NCBI GenBank assembly: GCA_009914755.4 | Contig: CP086569.2 | Span: 3,808,001 to 3,872,000, forward strand | Length of the DNA: 64,000 nt | Reading direction: 5' to 3' | DNA from: the human T2T-CHM13v2.0 reference genome, Homo sapiens | In this document: in pieces, positions 55,700 through 64,000 of the stretch | Position numbering within the stretch: position 1 is the stretch's first letter | Layout of the letters: each line of letters starts with the position of its first letter | The notes under the pieces: model-generated | Databases searched by the model: none | Told to the model about the DNA's origin: nothing | What the model saw: only the letters and a program-made list of their open reading frames with translations | Position numbers and translations under genes: made by a program

Positions 55700-56065
55700 A
55701 CAGTATTTCCCCCTTACCTACAGGGGATATGTTCCAAGAACCCCTGATGGATGCCTGAAACAGCAGATAGCATCAAAGCCTGTTACACTGTTTTATTTAT
55801 ATGATAACCAAGGCTGCTATTAAGTGACTAATGGGCTCTAGCATAGCCACCATGGATATGTTGGACAAAGAAATAATCTCTGGGCATGAGAGAGTGAAAC
55901 AGCATCAATGTTATCATGCTACTCAGAATGGCATGACAATTTTAACTTATGAATTGTTTATGGAATTTTGCATTTTGTATTTTTGGACCACAGTTGATGG
56001 CAGATAGCTGAATCTATGGAAAGCAAAACCATGGATAAGGGGGAAGTGTAGTATTGCCTGTGGAT
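55700..56065 (+). mobile_element. Probable ancient interspersed repeat, family not resolved
   Basis: Segments …ggatgcctgaaacagcagatagcatcaaagcc… and …ttttggaccacagttgatggcagatagctgaatctatggaaagcaaaaccatggataaggggga… resemble a conserved mammalian repeat I recall from memory (…ggaccgcggttgaccgcgggtaactgaaaccgcggaaagcgaaaccgcggataaggggg…). I cannot name the family with confidence. Confidence 0.3.
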
Positions 56066-58564
56066 TATATCAGTATTTTTGTTGTATTTCTGGTCTAAAT
56101 ATTGTAGTGTATTTTAAAAGAAAAATCCAAGCCTTGTTTGAAGAATAACACACATTTTAGTAGCTGGTAGAGTTACTAACAAAGTATTTGTGAAATCACT
56201 AGGGAATCTTAGTGGTTGTACTCTTACAGTGTTCTGAACAATGTTAAAGCCACTCTGCGTTGTCCTTGTAGGGGCTCTTGTGGGCTGACTAAATTGTCTT
56301 CTTGAGATTCTCTCCCAAGGTATAAAAATTATCCCTATTGGTTTCCAAACACCACCACTGATCATGTTTTACTCACTGTGGAATGAGACCAAACCCAGTA
56401 AATATGCTTGCTAAGGAAGTTTAGGCTTTGGTATCATTTAGAAAAAAAGTTGCACTTGCGCAAAATCAAAAACTTAGAGACAAAGGCCAATCCATGTAAT
56501 AACTTTATTATTACACGAAGCTTTATTCTTCTCCAAAGCCCTATTGAAACACTTTGTAGTTTCAGAGTTCATGAGAACTCTGAGTGTGTTGTAGGGGTGG
56601 CAGGACTTTGTAGTCCAAGCACAAAACAGGAATTACTATGGCTAGGGTTGAAACAAGTTGGAGCTCACTATGTGTTAGCCCTTCTTTTGCCTCCTGGTTT
56701 TCTTGGCTAGATGCTGAACCTACTCCAGTCTCACATCCATCTTTTCTCTAATATGTATCCATCCCAGAGAGAAATAGATTATTTTGGAAAGCTTGCCAAA
56801 AAGCCACTCAGCTCAAAGACATTTATTTCATTTGTGGGGGACTGATTATCTCTCCTATTTCTTATCGAACTTAACTTCCTCTTATGCTCTGTGACACATA
56901 CACAGAAATCCTATAGTATATTTTCATTAACATCATGTTTTCTGAATTCGACTTAATGTTTTCAATTTAGTTCCAACTTTTACAGGTTCTTCACAGCCTG
57001 CCAACTTTCTTTCCTAATACACTTCTCTCTATCTGGAATGCCCATAATTTTTCCAACTCTCTTGAACAACTCACAATATTTTAGTTATCTTTTAAGGTGT
57101 AGCTAAAATCAGTTTCTTTATTGAAATCCTCCTTTGCCCTTCCATCAAGAATAAAAGCTCTTTTCTCCTGAACTACTGTTTCAATTTAATTTTTCACGCT
57201 ATGACATTAATATTGTTCTACCTTGTTATTATTTCAGTACATTTTTTGTTGTGTCTCTTAATTACAAACATGGATCTGAATGTCAGGAACCAGCCTGATT
57301 CATCATTATATTCTTATTGCACTCAACACAGGATTTTGTACACTTTCTAAGTGTTCAAAAATATTGGTTGAATTTCTACATTCTCAATTTCACTGAGTAC
57401 CTCTCAACTCTACTTAATTCACCATTCTCTACTCTGCAAACTCTGCTGCCTACTCTTACACCTTTGACCTAAGTGAGATCTAGACTGCTATGTCTCCTAG
57501 TGGGGCTTCCTCTAACCACAAAGAACTTGAATTAAAACAAGTACCTAGCACAAATTGCAAGGGCTCTTTGCTATAGCAGCACATTGATTTGCTATAGCAT
57601 CACATTGATACTGAGACCTGAAGATGTTCAAGTGGTTTGGCCAAGGCTGAGAATAGACATAGGTATCCAGACAAAATCCACCCATGGCACTTTCTCCCCC
57701 AACATTTCTGTCAGTGTTGAATCAGATTATCTGCCTGGAATTCTTTTCTATGTTATTTTCATTTAAATTTTAAAAAAGAAGCTATGGTGTATAAAAGAAA
57801 GCCCTTAAGGCCATAAATAGTTAAGCTATCTACACAAAACTAGTAATTTTATGAAGTAACATGAAGACTATGACATTTTTGATTTAATATTTTAAATGTT
57901 TTCAGAAAAACTGAGGAAACAGACTAACGTGGGGCCACATGATCAAGAGATAATAGAACACTGTTTTGTGAAACACAATCGGAGCATGGGTTGTTGGATT
58001 CCAACCTTATAGTTGATAACGCACCACACCTGTTGCATTATTATTTGTCTAGTGAAAATAGAACGATTCACTGTAACTGCTTTATAAAGATCTTATAAAT
58101 AATTATTTACTTTCAGCTCACTGAGAGCAAAATTATATGAAAATATGTGATGGTCTGTCAAAGGTTTAAGTGATATGAGAAGGGATCTGCAGAGATTATG
58201 TATCATTGGGATGCATTTTCTTTTGTAGAAACAAGAAAAACTTATAAATATATTTATCACTTTTCCATACTCCTATCACTTGTAATTAATTTTTTATCAT
58301 AAAGAAAGAACTAGATGAAAATCATTGAATATAATTTAAAAGGACTCCAAAAAAAGAGACCAAAGAGGAGAAATATAATTACTTTTCTTGAAAAGAAATT
58401 TACCATTTATATTCTAGTACAAGCCAGGGGAAGATGCCTAAATTTTATGTTCTGGAGGGAAAAAGTGTGCCTTCCATTTTTTCACTAACTTAACAGGAAT
58501 ACAAGAACATTAATGTGTTTATATTTGTAAAACACTTGGAATTTTCATTTTTTTAAAATTGTAT

Positions 58565-58782
58565 TATTATTTTACTTAAAGTTTTAGGGTACATGTGCAC
58601 AACGTGCAGGTTTGTTACATGTGTATACATGTGCCATGTTGGTGTGCTGCACCCATTAACTCGTCATTTAGCATTAGGTATATCTCCTAATGTTATCCCT
58701 CCCCACTCCCCCCACCCCACAATAGTCCCCAGTGTGTGATGTTCCCTTTCCTGTGTCCATGTGTTCTCATTTTAAACATGCT
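58565..58782 (-). mobile_element. Short LINE-1 3'-terminal fragment (minus), young L1PA-like sequence
   Basis: ttacttaaagttttagggtacatgtgcacaacgtgcaggtttgttacatgtgtatacatgtgccatgttggtgtgctgcacccattaactcgtcatttagcattaggtatatctcctaatgttatccctcc…ccccagtgtgtgatgttccctttcctgtgtccatgtgttctcatt is near-identical to the reverse complement of the young L1PA 3'UTR. Similarity ends abruptly at 58782. Confidence 0.8.
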
Positions 58783-60280
58783 GAAAGTGGAAAGTACAAT
58801 TATCTTGTTAGGAACTATTTGAAATATTTCTGTTTAACACAACAGATAAAACAAGCAAATCCATCTGAGAGTAAGTATATGTAATGTTTCAAAATGCATA
58901 TGTTTTCTGTGTGGTTTCTAAGCAGCACTCCACTTACCTTGATTTAGTGGTGAGTATTGCTGTTGCTACTGTTTTTGCTAGTTCAGTCACTCAGATGATG
59001 TAAGACTGCCATCACAAAATTAAAATTTCTCTCACCTATCAAGTACAAGATACTGTAGTTCATTTTACATTAATCATAGAAGTTGTGAACAAATTTTTTG
59101 AGGAGGATTTGTGTAACAACTTACATATTCTTTACTGTTAAAGTAAGATAAGCATATATTTTTTCAATGTCAAATCTGAAGGATAAGTGTAATTTATTGA
59201 TTTTTATCTGTCTTAATTCTCTTATGCATTTATTTTGTATCAATATATCCATGTAAGTAGAGTTTATGCGTTTCTACTTATCACAATATAAGATATAAAC
59301 TTAGATAACACATTCATTTTATTAATGCATGATATACCTAAGAGCCTTTTCTAATTTATTCTTCTCTATTGTTCTCTCTCCTTCTTTGTCTCTGTCACAT
59401 CTTCTCACACATACACGCACATGCATACATATAACTTCAATTTCTATTCCACTAGTGTAATGGAAATGCACTTCTAGAGAGAATCTCTAGAGAGCATGAT
59501 TGGATAACCTCAATTCAATAGGGTCACTGAAAAAAATAGTAGTTTGTAACTAAACAGTCTTAATTGTTTTCAGAAATATTTCAAAAATATAGCAAGTGAG
59601 TTAAGACAATGGTTTTAGATCAACTTCTTAGATTTCAGTTCATTGTAGTGAAATTGATCTTTAAAATGGTATAAATATTATTAACAATTGCTTCTCTGGT
59701 TATATGAATAGATACACCTATAGAGAAACAATGGGTTTGAACTATTATGAGAGTGTGGGTATCTACTATGAAAGGGTTTTCAGGCAATAATGAAAATATC
59801 TAAACCTTTAAATAAGGACAATGAAAGGGTTTTCTATGCTACATATTAAAATAAAGGCTTTAACACACTTGACATAAGCTCTTTCCATTCTTTAAAGGAC
59901 ATTATGCAAAACTAATAATATTATTGTTGTGTCAAATGTCTTATTGGTAAAAAAAAAACTGAGATTATTGTATTTTAACACTGTGTTCTGCAAAACTGTT
60001 TTCTTACTAATCGTTCTACAACTTCGGATAGTCCCTCCTATTATTACCACATAAAGGAAAATTTAGTAATTTGTGAGAAGAAAATATAAAAAGTAATAGT
60101 TCTGTCATTGCTTAAAACAGTGTTTTTTCTAAAAAAAAAATGTGTTTAGTTTCATGGTCTCAACAGGCAAGCATGTTTTGCATGCAAATAGCATGTGGTT
60201 ATGGAGAGTTACTATGACGGATAATGTCTTATGTTGCCTCGACATCTGTGGACTAATAGAGTGACTCTGCAATAAGTGAG

Positions 60281-60692
60281 TGTATTAGGCCATTCTTGTA
60301 TTTCTACAAAGAAATAACTGAGACTGGGTAATTCATAAAGAAAAAGGGCTTAATTGACTCAAGGTTCTGCAGGCTGTACAGGAAGCATGGCACCACACAT
60401 CTGCTTGGCTTCTGATGAGGCCTCAGGAAGTTTACATTCATGGCAGAAGGTGAAGCGGGAGCAGGCACATCACATGGTCAGAGCAGGAGTGAGACAGAGA
60501 GAGAGGGAGAAAGAGAGTAGGGTGGTGTCACACACTTTTAAACAACCAGCTCTCTGAAGAACTCACTCACTGTCCTGAAGTCAGCGCCAAGACTTGAGCG
60601 ATCCACCCACCTCCCACCAGACCCCATCGCCAGCACCGGGGATTACAATTCAACATGACATTTGGGCAGGAACAAATATCCAAACTATATCA
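60281..60692 (-). mobile_element. Solo MaLR LTR, MSTA/THE1-like (minus)
   Basis: tgtattaggccattcttgtatttctacaaagaaataactgagactgggtaattcataaagaaaaagggcttaattgactcaaggttctgcaggctg…catggcagaaggtgaagcgggagcaggcacatcacatggtcagagcaggagtgagaca…cacacttttaaacaaccagctctc…ggggattacaattcaacatgacatttgggcagg…caaactatatca is the reverse complement of the MST/THE1 LTR consensus layout. Confidence 0.75.
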
Positions 60693-61404
60693 GTAAGGTT
60701 GTTGATAAAATGTAACCAATCTGAGTTTTTCATTTAAGTTTCAAGCTGACTTTGGGGACTCTGTGGAGGGTTAGAAAGAAAGAATAATTAAAAATAAAAG
60801 AAAGAATAATTAAAAATAAAGTACACTCTAGTTCTGGTGGCAATTAACAAAAATGATTTTGAAAAGGCAATTAAGACAACACTAATTTTAAGACACAGTA
60901 GTTCTCAGTTTCACTGGAAGTTGTAATGTTAAAAAAAAGAAAAAGCTGACATGCCTAAAAATGGGGAATCTGCCAATGACCATAAAATTAAAATAAAAAC
61001 ACACTACAAAGGTATGTTTTAAGTAATGACATTTACATTATACTTATTGTTAATGTAATGCTTCACAATGATAAAAAAAAATCTGTACCCTTCTGTTAAC
61101 TTCACTTAGAGACATATTTTATTGGTTAGAGGACAAAAAATGACATGGATTGAAAATTAAAGATAAATAAACTGAGTTCTTGATCTTTACATTGTAGATG
61201 CTTCCCACATATTTATTAAATGAGTGAATAAGGAATATTCAGGTGTTTTCCATTCAACGCCTCTAAAAATATTTCATTTTTTAATTTTCATGTGGTTAAT
61301 CCAGTGATATAAGCTTAGTGATCAATGTTCACGCTTTTGGAAAGCAGTATTTGAGAGTAAAATGTACATGAATCAAAAAATTGGACCTCTTTCTTTTTTC
61401 CTGA

Positions 61405-61741
<337 letters not shown>

Positions 61742-61990
61742 TTAGTTACTAAATTATCATTCTTATTTCTATTCCTACTTCCTCTCCTTTTCACTGAATT
61801 TTTAAAAAGCTTACCTTTCCCTATGCTACTGAATTCATTTGTACTGTACTATACAACCTCTCACACTGTATTTTATTTTTTTCTTGTTATCTTATTTTCT
61901 TTTCTACCAAATTGTTGCCTCAGGCAGGATCTGTGACATTTTCACCTGCATCTTGGTTACTTGGTACATAGATGCATGAAGTGACAGATG

Positions 61991-62009
61991 ATATATATAT
62001 ATATATATT
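61991..62009. repeat. (AT)n microsatellite
   Basis: gatatatatatatatatat run. Confidence 0.85.
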
Positions 62010-63199
62010 TTTTAACAAAGCAAGTGAAAAGTGTGAAGATACTCCTTAAAGTTAAGAAATAAAACACTATCATTCATTAAGGTTAATATACATGTTTGAA
62101 TAAAGTATGAGGTTGAGTAGACTAGTGATTGTTAACATTCTTACATGTGCTAGGGTATTCTATATATTAATTCATTTAATCTTCACACACATAAACACAC
62201 ATTCATATTTTATGCAATAAGTGCTTTTATCCTCATTTTATAAATGTGGAAATCAAGGATTAAAGTATTCAAAGAACTTGTCCAGTTATCTAGCTAGCGA
62301 GTAATAGATCTGAGACTGGAAACCCTGTTTGCCAGGAGACTTCAAAGCCTCAGGCTGTTTTTTTATAGTGCAATGCTCAGTTTGCTAAAGGAGTATTCCT
62401 CAAATGTGCCTGATTTTTAAAATCACCGGTAACATTTATTGAAAACATTGATTTTTTTAGCCAAACCCTAGACCAGCAGAATCAAAATCTTTAGGGAATA
62501 AATTGGGTGGGAATTTTTATTATTAACAAGATCCCCAGGGGAAGCTTAAGTTTAGGCAAGTTTGTTTATTTTACAGTGTGTTAGGCCATATTTCATTTGC
62601 TCTCCTGAGGTTACACTATTGACTACCTATTTTCTCTACCTTAACAATAATCTGTTTACTTAAACTATTAGTCTTGATTCTTAATACTTGAGGATGAAGA
62701 CGAATACTAAGGAATAAGCTACAGCTGTATGTGGAAAAATAATGCATTTGAAAATCAACAAATTTCATGGCAAATAATAGATCTGACTACATTTAACATA
62801 ATGGGAGAAAAACATGATTTTTCAATACCAAACAACCAATCAATAACCAAGCCTCAGTAAGAGTAGTTTGATACAACAGTAACAGTTAAAACCATAATTT
62901 ATTCTGAAGTTTTTTATCCTTTATAATGGTTGCAAATGAAGCAAGATTTTTCAGTCTCTATAGTTGAAGTTAATAATTTATTGAATGTTTTCCTCTTTCT
63001 TCTTTCTATAGTTAGGACACAGAATAAATCCTTTAGTGTCTTAGTCAACAAGTTCTTGCTGTATGATTATACCTTGTATGATCTCTTAAGAACTTCAGTT
63101 AAAACCCTTCTATATTCTTTTCTCATGATATTCTAGCAAAAACTTATTATTTGTGATAGGAAACACTAGGTCTTATTCATTTTTCTAACTATATTTTGG

Positions 63200-64000
63200 A
63201 GCCATTAATAATACTCACTTGCCCCTTCACCCCCACTAACTTCCCAGGCTCTGGTAATCATCCATCTACTGTCTACTTCCATGAGTTAAAATTATTTAAT
63301 TTTCAGCTCCCACAAATAAGTGAGAAAGCATGAATTTGTCTTTCTGTCCCTTGTTTATTTTACTTAACATAATAACCTCCAGTTACACCCACATTGTTGC
63401 AACTGACAGAATCTCATGTTTCATGGCTAAATAGTACTACATTTTGCGTAAGTACTACATTTTCTTTATGCAATCATCTGTTGATGGACACTTAAATTGC
63501 TTCCAGATCTTAGTTACTGTGATGATTGCTGAAATAAACATGGCAGTATAGATATCTCTTTGATATACTGATTTTCTTACTTTTGCGTACATACCCAGCA
63601 GTAGCATTGGTAGATCATATGGTAGTTCTATTTTTAGAATTTTGAGGAACCTCCAACCTGTTCTCCATAGTGGTTGTATTAATTTACCTTCCCATCAACA
63701 GTCTTTATGGGTTCCCTTTTCTCCACATCCTGGCCAGCATTTGTTATTGCCTGTCTTTTGGATATAAGCCATTTTAACTGAGGTGAGATAATACCTCATT
63801 GTAGTTTTGATTTCCATTTCTCCGATGATCAGTGATGTTGAGTGCCTTGTCATATACCTGTTTGCCATTTGTGTGTCTTCTTTTAAGAAATGTCTATTCA
63901 AATCTTTTTGCCTATTTTTTAAATGGGATTATTAGATTTTTTACTATATATTTGTTTTAGCTCCTTTTATGTACTGGTTATAAATCTCTTGTCAGATGGG
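63200..64000 (-). mobile_element. Old L1M-type LINE-1 3' region (minus). It continues past the window end.
   Basis: …gtttcatggctaaatagtactacattttgcg…catctgttgatggacacttaaattgcttccagatcttagttactgtgatgattgctgaaataaacatg…gcattggtagatcatatggtagttctatttttagaattttgaggaacctccaacctgttctccatagtggttgtattaatttaccttcccatcaacagt…ttctccacatcctggccagcatttgttattgcc…gagataatacctcattgtagttttgatttccatttctccgatgatcagtgatgttgagtgc matches the L1M 3'UTR and ORF2 C-terminus antisense consensus. Confidence 0.7.

Overview
The window is primate (human-type) nuclear DNA, visibly AT-rich and dominated by retrotransposons. It has no prokaryotic architecture: no operons, no CRISPR array, no convincing intact protein-coding gene. 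At least nine LINE-1 copies or fragments lie on both strands, several nested inside one another. There are eight Alu SINEs, most with readable target-site duplications, and one MIR. Two complete MaLR (THE1/MST-type) LTR retroelements are present, plus two solo MaLR LTRs. One HERV9/LTR12 solo LTR carries its CCAAT-box tandem-repeat array and sits inside an L1. Two diverged copies of an unclassified LTR-like repeat lie about 10 kb apart in direct orientation. Every six-frame ORF longer than about 90 aa that I checked falls inside a repeat: L1 ORF2/ORF1 remnants, MaLR internal sequence, or LTR-like sequence. Every L1 ORF is interrupted by stops or frameshifts. The single-copy stretches (about 16.3–20.8 kb, 26.2–29.7 kb, 31.3–34.8 kb, 46.5–48.3 kb, 55.1–58.5 kb) are AT-rich, lack CpG-island character and show no convincing exons. 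I therefore do not support the suggestion that a novel biological system is encoded here. The points worth a second look are all transposable-element structure. They are the regulatory repeat array of the nested LTR12, a possible degenerate provirus bounded by the direct-repeat pair, a 3'-truncated L1 that keeps its 5'UTR, a possible L1 3' transduction, and several recent-looking insertions with clean target-site duplications. All coordinates are approximate (about ±15 bp) because they were derived by eye.
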